DNA of 59,488 nucleotides, the filler included, from Sphacelaria rigidula (Eukaryota): assembly GCA_964200075.2 (NCBI GenBank). It is 7 parts of 7 records of this genome, joined end to end, with 100 filler letters (N's around TTAATTAATTAA, not from the genome) between each part and the next. Parts side by side here need not be neighbours in the genome. Positions count along the whole stretch, not along the records: positions 34,053 to 42,464 come from CAXNAA020011229.1; positions 42,565 to 50,976 come from CAXNAA020011230.1; 5 more parts are not named here. One strand, given 5' to 3'. The position numbers were made by a program, and so were the translations under genes. The notes beneath the pieces were generated by a model. It was not told the origin of the DNA. It ran no database searches and saw only the letters and a list, made by a program, of their open reading frames with translations. This document shows positions 34,460 through 48,038 of this stretch, in pieces (position 1 is the stretch's first letter; each line of letters starts with the position of its first letter).

Positions 34460-34709
34460 TGTGTGCATGGAGAACATAGATAATATGCGTGCTTGAGAGA
34501 AAAATAGCGAGCATGTGCATCGACGAGAAAATAATGCGCTCGCCGTGTTCTGGGTAGCCGGCATAGAACTACCTACGAGTGCTGCTCGTTTCTGATGGAA
34601 ATGAAACGCCTTAGTACGCAGGATTGTATGTGGCCAACGCGCCCATACGCCGGCTCGTACAATGATTCTCGGATATGGCTTTTGGCCGCCTCCCATTGAC
34701 AATGTTAAG

Positions 34710-37700
34710 GTGGTGACGAAAATCTGCTTCAGCCTGACGAGTCGAGTCAAGAATCGACCGCAGCTCGTGAAGGATGGCCTTCTGGCCTTGTGCGCCAAGG
34801 TTATCAACGTGAGTACCGCCGTTTGTGGTTGGTTGGGCAATTCACTCAGGTGATGAGAGGGTCATGGTCAACATACTGTATGTATTCCGAGGGTGACGAG
34901 CCAAAAGATCGTTTTGTTCCAGCGATGATCGAGTAAGCGTGGACCGTGTATAGCGGCAATCACGACATTTGTGTGTGTGTGTGTGTGTAAGCATGGAGCC
35001 AACTCGATAGTCCCTTTACCGCAACGTTGAAAATTCCAGTCCCAATCTAACACAATATTTTCGTCGCATGTATTCAACAACAACGGCAACAACAACGGTG
35101 GCGGCGCCGGCGCCGGCGACAACACCACCCCCTCCACCTCCACCTCCAAAAAGTTAACAAACGACGACGACATTCAGTTCATGGCTGTGGCATGCGTGTT
35201 CAGCCTTACGAAGTCCCCAAGCCTACGTGGTAACATCACCAACACCGGGGCGGCCGATATGGCTCTCGAAGCCCTTCATTCCTTTCGAACCCCACGTCTG
35301 AAGGAATCAGAGTACCTCTTGGCGCAACTGGCGGTTGTCTCCCAGATGACCGCCGAACCTAAATTCTGCCGGAGGCTGGCCGCTCCGGAAATAATCGATC
35401 TCCTCGTGACCATAGGGCGGCGAGGGCCGGAGGATGACGTATTCGACGAGGGCAGTGAAAGCAGTGAATCGGGGGAGAGTAGAGGACGGAAGGGGGGGGA
35501 GGGGGGAGCGAGTGAGGGAGAAGGCAGGAGAAGACAAACTAGACGTGGGTACAAGATGACCCTGGTGAAGGTTATTTCCTCATACTCGACCGTTGTGAGG
35601 TTTTGTCTTGTCAACATCGCGGAGAACTTGGGCTGGAATTTGTATATTAATGTCGACGACGGCGGCGGCGCGGGGGGAGCGAAGGCAGCGGCATGCACAA
35701 AACCGACACGTGAAGATATTGCCTACCTGGTGGTGAGAAAATGTTCTACAAAACATCTCTTTGAAGACGTATATATATATATATATATAATGCACTTAAA
35801 ACCCAAGCAGAACCGGGACGCACCGTAATGTCTAGCGAAATGAAAGCGGAGAGGCTGACATGTATAGTCAGCGAAAGCGTGTACTCGAAAATCAAGTACG
35901 GAAGAAATGCTGGCTTCTCAGAGCTTCAGAGAACGAAATGACAATGGAAGATATGTACTCTACAACCAAGTGAAAAATAGACAAAAAGTGCACCTGTCTG
36001 CAGGGTTTGAAAATAAGCCGAAACGTAACCGTTATATATTGTATATGGGGGACGTTGAGTGGACTATGGATTCACGTGTATCGCATATTTTGAATGTGCA
36101 AACACGGTGCTTTTCGCCGTGGCAAGCGGAAGTGGACCAGCAGGCTCATGAGCAGAAAGCTTTTCCCACGTAAATAGGCTATGATACCGAGTCGGCAGTA
36201 GCTATGATACCAAGGTTCTTCCCGGTGTTAGAAGGAGGCAGCTGGTAGGGTCTGAACTAATTTATTTGAAGTATCTGGGCCATATCAAGCCCACGGTACG
36301 AAAGAGACGGGGGGTTAGCCTTGAGGGGTGAGAGAAAGGTGGCGCTGCATATTACCTGGATGGCAAAGAGCTTCGGTGACGGCAAGCCGTGATAATCAGG
36401 AGTGACCCGTTTGCCGTGCTACCGCGCACTGGACCTTGACGTACGCCAACACACGCTGCGGGTCGAGTATTTAGAGGGCGTTCGACGAACATGAATAATC
36501 CCGGCCACGAACCTTACCAGAATCTAGCTTAACCTCAAGTTGTGCGTAGGACCTTGGCCACGTGAATGTTGTAACCATCCTTCTACATACTGCTTCCCTC
36601 TTCGCCAAATCTAGCTGTGCAACACGTTTACACTGTGGTCCCTTACGACAGACAAAGCTGGTGGAACTGGTGTGCTTTGTGGTGCTAACCTCCGGGCCAG
36701 ATGAGGCGCTCATGGGAAGGTGTGCTTGCGTGATGGCCGGTTGGAGTATCGACACCAATTTCGTCGACAAAATGGTCCGGACGGTGGAGGTCGGTGAATC
36801 TCTGGCACTTCTCATGCGGAGCGTGAATGTCACAACCCAGGTGAGAAAAACAAAAGCAAGGGCGATAGTGGATTCAAGAAATGAGTCAACTGGCGTCTGC
36901 TATCGCTTATGTCTCGAGCAAAGTAACACTATCCCACGACGTCCCCCTTTCGACAACCCCCCCCCGCAGCGTTGATTGATCTTTATTTTATTTTATTATC
37001 GCACTTTAACTGACCCCCCAGGGGTCCCGCCGTGGTCTCTCATGATAGACGTACCCGAGAAAAACAAAACTGAATCACTCGCTTATGTGCTGCTTTCAGC
37101 AAAAACACGTGCAACAGAGAAAGAACAACCATCTCGTCTTCGTTGCGGCCATTATACTCTACCACCAACCGCTCAACCAATGCGACATGCAGGTCCGTGG
37201 CAGCATCGCACTGTGCAACATTGCCGCAGCGAGTCACGACGAGAGATGGTCATCAGAAGGTCTGCTCCCAGTGGCTCCGGTCCCTGCCCTTGCCGCCACG
37301 ATGCTACCGCAATCACAAGGGGAGCCAGACTGCGGAACGAGTAAGGCTGAAGCTAGCTCCTCCGAACCACCAGGAGCCAAGCGAGAGGGTCCCGATAAGC
37401 CGATAGTGAAGGCACGTAGCGGGAGTCCCACTCCCGCCTCCGACGCCGATGGAACCGTCGCGAAGTCTAACCATCGCGAGACATGTTGGTTGCGGTCGAC
37501 GGATATTTTGCCCAAAATAATCGCGGCGGGACTCGTTCGGGCAAATGGAGAGGTCAGAGGAAATCTGCTGAAGGCCATGAGCAACCTCATGTGCTCCCCG
37601 GAAACGCGCGCGGAGATTGTCAACGGGAAACGCATGACCAGCCTCTTTGAACTCGTGCAGGGCTACACTGGTGAGGTGAGGGGAGTCAGGTTCCATGAGA

Positions 37701-40700
37701 TGGCGCGTCGTACCTGAAAACTTGACCTCCCTCCCGCTTGTCCTCAATGGTAGGGAGTACTGCAAATGAAAGATTACACCCTGGATATACGTGTCCGTAT
37801 GAGAGTCGATGGAGTAAGACATCCAGGTTGTAGAATGACGCCAGCCTTGAAATGTGAAGGTCACAACAAAAGAGCCCCTCCCCCGCCTCCTCTTTCTTCG
37901 TCCTCCCCTGTATTTTGAGATTGGACAAAGGCAATGATCCATACCCTAACGAAAAATTGCCCTGTCCCCGTCCTCGCGGCACGGCGGACGGAGTCGCCTG
38001 TTCCCTTCCCTTGCGAGATATGGCACGGCGTGGATCGTTGGTCGACGGCCACCAAGTATATGAGAACTCTAGCGCTTTAGCATTGGTTTGTCAGGAAGAA
38101 GTTCGTGATACGCGTACATAAAAGTATGTACGTATGTACATGGCGCAACGCTCCAGTGAGCGTGACGCGGTAGTTAATCTCGAGGTCCACCATAAATGCA
38201 TCTCACCGCGTATTCATTGTTCATCGGAGTTTATCCCTTTCCCAAGGTGCAGATTTAGCGGTTCAGGGTATACGCACGCTGCTCTCTCTGGCCGCACAAC
38301 AGTGCCAAATCCACACGCTATGGAGGCGCCAATATTGGTCGAGTTACAGTACCAACAGCTCTCAGGAAACGCAACGTGTACAATACACAACCACAAAACT
38401 AGTCCGTTCAGATAGCCCTCTATCATTATTTTTCAATATATTGCGTACACGGTTGACTCCTGGCTGCCAGGTACGCGAGCTAGCCGCGATTATGCTGTAC
38501 AACCTTACCTGCGAGCGGAGTTTTCACCCGGCCTTGCTCGAAGCGGGCATCACCTACACCCTCATAGACATTCTAGGGACCTCTACGATAACTTCCACGA
38601 GCGCAGGCGGGGGCCCTACCACCAAAGTGCCCCTCCCAAACGCTACAACCTCACTCGGGGCCGCGGGCGTTGCGGCAAGAACGAGTGCACCACCCGAGAG
38701 ATTAACTATTTTGAGACATGCAACGGTTGGCAGTATCAAGACTTTGACGATAGCAGAACCCGGGGGTTCGGATTCGGCAGGCGACCTCGTTTCCAGCAAT
38801 CATCAAGCACCGACTGCTGCAGACATGAGTAAGGATAAGGGGGGTGTAACACGAGGTGATAGTGGTTCTCGGGCGGAAGAATCAGGAGGAGGAGGGCGGG
38901 TGTTTCAAGAGTTATGTCAAAATCCCCAAGATGCGGGGGGGGGAAAGTCTGGTGGCATGTCCGATGCTGCTGATACGATAGACGGAGGAAGCGATGATGG
39001 TGATGATCATGATGGAAGTGGTGGTGGTGATGGTGGTGGCGGCGGTGGGGGAGGGGGGCAAAACAAGGGGGCGGCACACAAGACGAGTCTACAGGTGCGC
39101 CAGAATGTACTCGGGGCGCTCATGAACCTGACGACTGCGAGCCTCTCGCACCCGAGGCTGGAGCCGTCAGCCGTGATGACGCTGCTCACGCTCGTCACTC
39201 AGGAAGACTGCAGCGAGAGGTACGTGTGCGTTTTCCTCGATCTTGATGTCTACTGTGTGGTTGTCGAAACGGTTTCTTGGGGTCCAATGAATCTGGTGAA
39301 CGTCATATTTTGCACAAACAAAATACTTCCACCTCTGCGTGCTCACGTACCTCACTTCTTTCCCCCCCCACACCGTTTCGCGCACGACGGGTTGTCATCG
39401 CTGTCACAGCGGTAATGAAGATCTGGCGGGAGATCTGTGGGTGACGTGGCAAGCGGTGGTATTACAGTTGTCCTACGTTGAGCTCTACCGGCCGCTCATT
39501 GTCTACCACGCGGACGGTCAAATATTCCAGCATTTGAAGGTGCGTGCGTGCGTGCGTTCGCCGTTTGTTTTAGATGCCTATACGCCGAAATATCTGTTTA
39601 ACCCCTTGGGAACCCATTGACGATCTTTGGTTTTATGAATCGGCATCATTTAAACTTGAAAATGACTGAAAATGATGCCGATCTACAGAAACGAAAATCG
39701 TCAATGGGTTCCGAAAGGGTTCAGATCCTTACGCATGAAGTACCAGTCGCCCCTCACTGCGTCCCCGTAGGTGTCGGAAATGGTTTTTGCTCTTTGCGTT
39801 CTTCTAGTTCTCCCTCCTCCTGTGCAAGGTTGCTGTGGACGTGTGTATGTTTTGCACACCTTGGACAATATATGGTCAATAGTTGCAATAGACAAGAAAC
39901 GTACTGTATCAAGTATAGACCTATCGCAGCTATTGTCAGCCGGCAATAGTTGTAATAGGCATATACTTTGTACAGCATACTTCTCGTCTATTGCATCTAT
40001 TGACCATATATTGTCCAGGGTGTGATGGTTTCTGACGTACACCCCGTCCTCTAGGAGATTTTGTGGAGGAATGTGAGATCCTTACAGTACATTAGAGTCA
40101 GTGCACCGACGCTTTACCAAAACTTTGTTCATGTTTAGAATTTTTTTTATCTTTTTCTTTTTTTTTTCACAGTGTTTTTGTCAAGGGGTGGTGTTATTGG
40201 TAACAGTGATCCCTGGTGCGACGTTAGATCAGTAGGCTTCAATTCTGTGTTGTATTCTGGCTTCTTGTTGAGAAGTGACGCATCCCGGTCGTCGATGGCG
40301 CGGGGATGCCTAAAGCAAGACAAGTTTTATTTGAAGAAGGCAAAGCAGTGCATGAGTCATGCTGCTCCTATCCACGATACCAAAATGTAAGGCATGTACC
40401 GGGGGGGGGGGGCGTGTACCGGGGTAGAGATGGGTTGGATCCCTTGAGACCACGAGCGCCTCCACAGGGATGGGGGTGTACTCATGATCATGCATGCCTT
40501 AGTCATAAGATGGGAGAGATAATGGAGGCTTTAACGAAAAAAAGACAAACAAAAGAGAGACGTGTGTCGTTTCTGCCGAAGGGTGGTGGTGGTGGTTAAA
40601 GCCCCACCACGGCAGAGTCCACCCATGGTGTATTTTACGGTCTCCTACGGTGTGAAATTGTATCGACGTCAAAGAGCAAACCGTGAGGGCAAATGATCGG

Positions 40701-41248
40701 CATGCAAGCGACTACACCGAATAACATTCTTTTCCGTCAGTTCGCGCTTGTCCTCTTGTGCGAGCGAAGCAGAAGTGACGTCACTACGTTCATAGCATAA
40801 TCAAAAGATAGGATTTGATATGACGACTTTGTACCCGCTGTAACAAAAACATGGTGTATGTAGACGGTGATGTTGTTATGATATCCAGATTCTCATATGT
40901 TTTCCTCCCGTCGATCGGCAGATCCAATGGCCCATACATACTTTGGCGTAGCGATACATGGATGTCTGATATATGATACCATGCACAACACCCACGCACA
41001 TATCCAGTTTTTGTGCTTATCTCTTGAACTCCCGTTTTGTTTTGGCTCGAATTCCTCAGACGTGACACACGCCTCTGCACATCTTCACCGTCCCCGTGTT
41101 GTGGTGCTTTCAGATCACGAACGATCCTCTCTCGGGCAAGAGCTCGGTCATGAGCGCAGTGCACGAGCGGATATATCGACAACTGATCATGGGCACAATG
41201 GTCAACGTCGCTCGCGACATATCACTTTATGATGAGTTTGAGGGGCAG
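34710..41248 (+). CDS. Armadillo/HEAT-repeat-like protein, internal multi-exon fragment (no start or stop in contig)
   Basis: Exons 34710-34808, 35154-~35544 (3' end uncertain), 36701-36840, 37193-37675, 38471-39219, 39410-39539, 41114-41248, GT-AG and phase-compatible. Repeated helix-3-like motifs: ICFSLT, CVFSLT, ALCNIA, AMSNLM, MLYNLT, ALMNLT, TMVNVA. Confidence 0.8.
39602..39719. mobile_element. 118-bp piggyBac-type MITE (intronic)
   Basis: TTAA|CCCCTTGGGAACCCATTGACGAT...ATCGTCAATGGGTTCCGAAAGGG|TTCA; a related terminus TTGA|CCCTTTCGGAACC occurs at 49502-49518. Confidence 0.75.
39855..40024. mobile_element. 170-bp foldback element with CAC...GTG termini (intronic)
   Basis: CACACCTTGGACAATATATGGTCAATAG... 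pairs with ...CTATTGACCATATATTGTCCAGGGTGTG over ~80-bp imperfect arms. Confidence 0.8.
40472..40509 (-). mobile_element. Extremely 5'-truncated family A 3' end with GATGGG direct repeat
   Basis: GATGGGGGTGTACTCATGATCATGCATGCCTTAGTCATAAGATGGG. Confidence 0.7.
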
Positions 41249-42464
41249 GTGAGCGTAGCGCACTGGCTTTCCTTGCGCACAGTCGTGTCTTTTTTCGCCA
41301 GTAGAGTTGATCGAAGTTGGCCTACAATCTACCCATAGTTGATATTACTTGATTCGAGTGTTAGCAACGAGAATCGAATCTTTAGTTGGGTTTGACATCG
41401 ACAGCCCCGTGTGCTCCTAGCGTGCGCGGGATGCGTTTTCGTCCGAATCGGCGCCATAGGCGCCGATTTGAGGTCTAACAACGCCACACTTTGCCTAGGG
41501 AACCCTATACACATTCCTTGCCCAGGGGTCCTCGGTATGCCTTGTGTTAGGGTTAGGATTAGGATCAACGACAGTTGCAAAATGTATCAACCATGGATAA
41601 AATGTAGCCCAACTCCGGTTAACCCACCTCTTTCTCGCCGATAGAAGCACACGAGGTGGCTGCATGCACAAGTATTTTGGGTGCAGGTGATTGACGATGA
41701 ACACGCCGCAGTAGACGATCCGTCTCCTCTGTAAACCCGAGATAGTTTGACGAAAACTTGCCATGCTTCACCGCATTTCTGACTTCTGCTTGTAAGATTT
41801 CCCTTCAACTGGGTGGGTTTTCATGTATCTTTGTCATGTTTGTGTAGATAGATACAGCAACACAAAATTCCCCCGTCCATCCAGCCTTCGAATATTGAAA
41901 GGGTGTTACGTATACAGCAGCAACTGGCGTGACATTTGGACGACAAAAACGTGACATACACCCATTTTGCATAAATTGAGTAACGGACTAAGGCGAGCAG
42001 TAGCAAAGGGCACCCGCGTTCAGAACGTTCCAGGTGAGAGCACGCCACAGGCCAAGCAAGATGTAATGTTCTCATGATGCGCTGCCCCTCTTCCGCTCAT
42101 CACCATGGTAGGTTCAAGTCCTGCGCGAGTTCTTGTCCGAGTACGAGCAGGAAGCCAGCGGGGCGGGTGGTGCCGGGAATGGAAGTAGAAGTGCTGGGGG
42201 AGGCGGGGTTGCACTGGGGATTGGGGACGCGATGGGCATTGACGACAAGGGCCCAGACGTTGGTGCATCTCACGGGGATGAGAGAGGTTAAGAGTCAAGG
42301 ATTCCGTTCGTTGATCGTTGGACCGAGGAAAACAGCATGTCGCTGCGCCGTCGTTCTTGTTTGATACTGCTGGATCGATTAGCACCAACGACTAATGCCG
42401 AGATAGCCCCCCCACAAAAAATGCACCGGAGACCGTCCGACAAACCGGCTGCGATCCCACTATT

Positions 42465-42564
42465 NNNNNNNNNNNNNNNNNNNNNNNNNNNNNNNNNNNN
42501 NNNNNNNNTTAATTAATTAANNNNNNNNNNNNNNNNNNNNNNNNNNNNNNNNNNNNNNNNNNNN
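42465..42564. other. Artificial contig spacer N44-TTAATTAATTAA-N44
   Basis: Same 100-bp linker. Confidence 0.99.
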
Positions 42565-42849
42565 CCATCTTGTTATTTTCACTCGTTATTTGCAAATAAC
42601 GAGAGGAAATAACCAACCGGAAGAAACGGCCTTACCTTAGCAACAGCATCTCGAGTTGTAAAATCTCGTTCGAAAAAAATAATATATGTTTCACTTTTGC
42701 TATAGTATACCATATTGAGTGATCTTGTTGCACGAGTCTTGACCGGAAGCCCAAAGGGTGCGTTTCATGTCGTCTCGGGTTTTTGTTTTTGGGCACCCTT
42801 GACCCAGCAGTAATTTTTACGAGGCAGGATAAAAGTCATATCTACCAGA

Positions 42850-43709
42850 GATCATGTTTCATGTTTTCGTGTATGAACACGATACCTGCTACCCGATCCT
42901 CACTAAGGCGGTTTCGGGTCTTCGTTACCACAAGACCGCCTACGGAGAAAAACGCGTTCGCACGCAGCAAATGAGGCTTGTACTGCAAGGTACTTGCGGG
43001 CTAGGATGGCGACGTAAGGATACACCCGCTGTGCCTTTGCCCACCACCCAAGAGCACCGCCTTCCTTGGCCACGTATTCCTCGGACACAAGCTCATTTTT
43101 GAAAAGTCCCCATTCTGTGAGGATTTGGTCCTTCTTCGACACAGCCTATCTCAGCTTCTTCGTCGATAGGACAGGGGAACTTCCGTCCTCGATATTGGCA
43201 GCGTCGGCTGTATGACCTTCACCTTCGGTGTTGTCCTGGCGCTGGAGAGGGCTCTCCGGGGTGTCCTTATTGCCTACAGCACGTGCTTTGCCCTTGCCCG
43301 CGCCCCTCATTGTGTCAAGTTCCGTGTGACTCTCAGTATGCTGCTAGAGTGCGGTGCTACGTGGCGTGTGGTATGCTGTGTGCTGCTATGTATTCGTCAT
43401 TGCTAGCGTCTTTTCGGGAGTAGAGTCGATGAGTAGACATATCCGTCGATCATTTGTTGCGCCGCAGGCAAAAAAAACGGTACACGACGCAAACGCCTCT
43501 TGTCTCTCTGGAAAAAAAACGCCTCTTGTCTCCCTGGAAAAAAACGACTAATCATGATTAAATCAAGTCATTTTGACTTGATTGATTTAAGCTGATTAGT
43601 TGATTTAAATCAACTAATCAGCGGCGCGTTGATGTGATTGTTGATTTAAATCAAATCAACTTTTGAATCAACAATCAACCGTGACCTATTAGTTGATATA
43701 CAACCCTAA
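42850..43709 (-). mobile_element. Internally deleted hAT transposon: C-terminal dimerisation domain remnant plus one terminus
   Basis: 42903-43142 (-) gives ALGWWAKAQRVYPYVAILARKYLAVQASFAACERVF (hAT dimerisation motif), then a frameshift. Clustered TTGATTTAAATCAA subterminal motifs at 43550-43700 and a TAGGGTTTG terminus at 43709 (-). Confidence 0.82.
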
Positions 43710-43728
43710 CCGCAACCTTACAGCATAA

Positions 43729-44125
43729 AGCACGAGTTGAGCACAGGGATAGATACATAGCAATAGCTAGGTATGATTGTCTATTGTCGGCGAAAAGCGA
43801 TGAAGCATCTTTGATGGTGGGGTCGGCGACCGACTTGCGTACACACTATTGGATCGTGCGGGCAGTGCAAAGCTGCACGTTGTTTACGTTCGTTTCAAGT
43901 CGAATTGTGTGCAGAGAGTACAGATCTGGTGCTGTCTGCACTCCACGTTCCCCGCTTCTTCTTCACATCCCACCGTACGAAACATGCACACACACTCAGA
44001 CGCACTGTATTCATGTAGTAAGACAGTACAGTGTTTTCTGTACTGTAGACAAGCGGACGGGTACCGCTTCATCAAGTCAAGTGTATCCAGACACAATACT
44101 AGGACCGTACAGTGCTGTCTGTACT
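43729..44125 (+). repeat. Diverged ~0.35-0.4-kb interspersed repeat, second copy at ~48990-49345
   Basis: Shared blocks GCACGAGTTGA.CAC.G.GATA, GGCAGT.CAAAGCTG.ACGTTGTT, CACACAC.CACTCA, ACAGTACAGTG..TACTG.AGACAAGCG. Confidence 0.7.
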
Positions 44126-45699
44126 ATTATGGGAGTGAATGAAGGCCTTACCTACCAAAAATCCGTTGTCAACAAAAAGTAATCTGAACGCGGAGGGATA
44201 TTGAAGACGTATTGAAAACGTCATTGACTGGTCGGACCTGTACCGAACCTGTGCCGAACAGAACACATGCTCCACCCGAAGTTACCCAGGTTTAGTATGC
44301 GACTATGCGACAGCTGTAATTTTTTCATCGCATAGTTCTCAAGACAGGAAGCAAACCGACCTGTGGCACTTGACAGCCCCCCGCGCGCACACTAGATCTT
44401 TTCACTGCCTCGGCGGATTTGCTCAATTCGCCACAGCGGATCCGAAACGCCCCCGACCGTCGAAGAAAACGCGTTTTTAGTACATTTTGGCGGTTTGTAA
44501 AGTGCTGCAGGCTCCCCAGCACGCGTTGTGGAAAGCCGCCGAGGCACTGAAAAGTTCTGGTTTGTGGAAAGCGCATGCATCAAATCGCAGTCCAATCCTC
44601 TGCTTCGTTGCCGAGATATTTGCGTTGAAAAATCGGCATTTGCGGCTCAAGAACAGCAGCGTTTATCGAGGTAAAAAATGGGGAATTCTCAAAAGCTCGG
44701 TGTTTTGAATCTCAAGAAAATAGCGAACTCCCGCGCAGCATGGACGAAGTACAAGGGAGAAATCGGTCAAGACTTATCCTGTGCCTTGACAGCCGCGCGC
44801 AAGGTCAAGGCGGCGCCTCAATGCGCGGAGAAGGCTGAAAACGAACTCAAGGCGGCCACCGAAAGGCTCAACGCGGACCCCGAAAAGCTAGACCCGTCTG
44901 TTTCATGTCAGAGTGTTGGGTCCAGCGCATAAGCTAAGCTGGTGCGCCCAATTCTTATTGTCGTCCTTTGGTCCTTTCACAGTCGGGAGACAGCGATGAT
45001 GCTTTCCATAGCGGAGTGTGAATACTAATAACAATTTGTGGACAACGCAACATGGGGCAAGATTTTTTCTAAGGGTATGTGTATGTATCTTCCGTCCTAC
45101 CATGTGGTGCTTATTTCTTGTATGCGCTTGTGTACAAGGGGCAATTCATTCTCTCAACATGGAGTACCACGAACCATATAGTTTGCTCTGATCAAAATCG
45201 GCTNNNNNNNNNCTGTGTTGTGTCTACGCTGTCGAGCGCACAAGCCAGGGCCTCAAGCGCGGCCTTGTCTATGTTCGATTCACTGCCTTTGACAGACCGA
45301 AGACAGCCATGACGTTTGCTGTCACTACTGCCTGTGCACATTGATAACAAGATCACAGAAGGAAACTATGAGACTGGACAGGCGGGATATTTGTGCAGTT
45401 GCCTCTTTACACCAACGACAATTTGAGAAAATGTGCTGTCACTACTGCCTGTGTACATTGATATCAAGATAACGCATGTTGGCGCGAAGCGATTTGTGAT
45501 GGCGGATAGCCCGATCACGTGCCGCCTCGTGCTGGTTTCCTCTGTGTGGCTATGCAAAGCAACTTCGCGTTACAACAGCAAGTACCCGTGACCTCTCGAA
45601 TTGCAGTGGGCAAGGTAACACGTGAAAGTCGCCTGAGCGTACGTCGGACGGATCAAGCGCAGAAACCCGTGTGAAGAGCGGGTTTGACCGTCGTCGATG

Positions 45700-46090
45700 T
45701 ACCCCACTTCACTGACTGATAACATCAGCCATGCTGTTTGTTGCCACCGCCACCTGCGTACACTAACAACACTATGTAAGCATCCCGGTTGGCAAGTTGC
45801 AGTTTCGATCGAGCGCTTGGTTCCGGGACTATATACCACAAAGCAAAAAAATGCAAGGGCATTTGCGCCAACATGCGCATTTCAGCACTTGTTCTGTGCC
45901 GATGTAATGTACATGGATATGTGAGGGCCTTGATTCCGCAGCGCTCCTTTTGCGCTGCCATGGTGGTCTGCATGACAACGAAAAGGCAATGTGACGCTTC
46001 AACGCGGACAGCTCCAAACGTCTTGTGTCTTGTGTCGCAGAGGTGGAGTTTGCCGTTGACGATTTGCTTTTAGGGGTGGAGAACACAAAG
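45700..46090 (-). pseudogene. Possible SWIM zinc-finger (MULE transposase) remnant
   Basis: QVLKCAC...(frameshift) MP.HFFAL resembles CxC-xn-CxH; otherwise eroded. Confidence 0.25.
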
Positions 46091-47488
46091 TGATTCCCGC
46101 CACTCGTGCCACGACCCTGAGTCCATGGGGCCCATGAAGTAATTGCTCTCCCAACCCGCCATCACAGAAAGGTGCAGGGTATATGCAATGAGCAGCCCAG
46201 CCGCACACCGTGAATCGGTTAATCTTCGTCGATGTCGTCTACATCATTCTTACTTGTTCCACGATACTCTACACTCGTGCTCATTGTCTGACTAGTTTGT
46301 GCTGCTTCGTTTTTGCGGTATGTGAGTAAAAGGGTCAAGTGGGGTTGGTGTTGTGGGTGACGCCCACAACTGCTGCCACATTTCGTGTTCTTGACTGCTG
46401 ATGCTGAGAAGGGCCGTGAGTGTGGGTTGGGACGTGGTGGGCGTGTGCTTTCTGAGTGCAACAGCTACACAATACAAGCACACAACAAAATATCAGTGCA
46501 GTCGCCGGAGCAACTATATTTCCGCGACACCGACCACTCACAGGCTTGTAAATATGTACCAAAGTTAGAAAATATTTAATATGATCGAGATCGTTATTTG
46601 GAGATGACGTGTTTATTTGTGATTGATACGATTGGCTCGATTACGGGTCATTTTTTCTACAGGGGATAGTGGTCGGTCCATTGTACCGATATATAGTGCC
46701 CAAAATCGGGCCCTATTCACCCCCATAACTGTAGACACGCGAACAGGTACCGCTTTACCGAATTCACTGTCTTTTCTCGACCGAAGGCTTGAAAATTCGC
46801 CTGGACACAACTCGCGAAAAATGAGCTAATTCGCTCAGCTCAATTTCACTGCTCATTTTTTTACACGTCGGACGTATCACGTTCTAGAGGACGCAGGTCA
46901 TACCGCTCGAGTGTGAACACACCTGCGTACCCGATTCGGGTGATACAGTGCAACTAGTCATGGAATGGTCCTCGTGATCCGGATATCATTGATCAGGAGG
47001 GAGAATATTTTGTACGGGTTGTAAGACCAACCTGTCTGGCAGCCAATCCCGAATCTGGCGGGACCCGAATCTGTGCCAAATCGGGGGGACCCAGATTCGT
47101 GAAACTCGGATTCGTGTGTACCCCTGTATGGCTTCACAGATTTGTTGAAATTGTTCTATACACGAACTGTCATTTTCCCGGCGCGTATGGTATCACCGTG
47201 AAGCCGGAGGATAGGCAGGGAGGGAATCATCCTTCAGAGCAGCGTCGTACCGTGGTACCCTAGGGTATGATGCCGTGCAGTAGACTTCACAATCGCAGTA
47301 AACAATATTGTTGTGTGGTAATACATGATGGTACAGTCGGTATTGCGAGAACAGTGCACAGTGTGCGGCAAGAGTTCACGAGTGCACTGTCATTCATCAC
47401 CCTGCAACAACCGCGACAGCAGATTGTAGGATAGTATAGTACCGTTCGTGATGATGATATATACAGCAGCACAGTGCAGCATCAAATT

Positions 47489-47852
47489 TTGCCACCGCAG
47501 GGTGCGGCGTCAACACTTCTTATCCGCTTGTCAAACCCCTTGCGGATCTGCTCCAGCAGCCGGCACTCGCAGGCACTGCGCGCTGTCACGAGGCTGTGTG
47601 CTGCCGCTGTTGCAAAAATAACAAACGCCTGTTGCTCTATCACTGTACGTCAACATATGTACGTCAATTGTTACAGATTCGGGGGACCTGGATTTTCCAC
47701 GGATCTGCGCTTAGATTCGTGCAAAACCGTTCTCAAATTGTGACAAACGAATATGAGCTTCCCCTATTTGGGCCAAATTGGGGTCCATACAACGCGTTTC
47801 CGGATCTGAGGTCTCCTGATCTGCGTACAGATCCATTTTTTCGACTGCCATA
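47489..47852 (+). repeat. ~365-bp repeat, inverted partner at 50538-50910
   Basis: Colinear reverse-complement similarity; both ORF-track translations share NCYRFGGP and GPYNAFPDLRSPDLRTDPFFRL. Confidence 0.9.
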
Positions 47853-48038
47853 CTAGTCGGTCTAAGGATACACAGGTTCGTCTTGACGTTTCGTGTACAC
47901 CTGATTCGGATTACATATGTGTGATCAAGGAGATAATGTACCCGGTTCATGCAGATAACCATCAGACATATATTTACGAATCACACGGATCATACAGATC
48001 ATCATCAGACGGATATGTACGAATCGCACGGGTAGTTC

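Noticed and set aside
42020-42400. Minus-strand retroelement or gene fragment
   Set aside because: No diagnostic motif that I can support.
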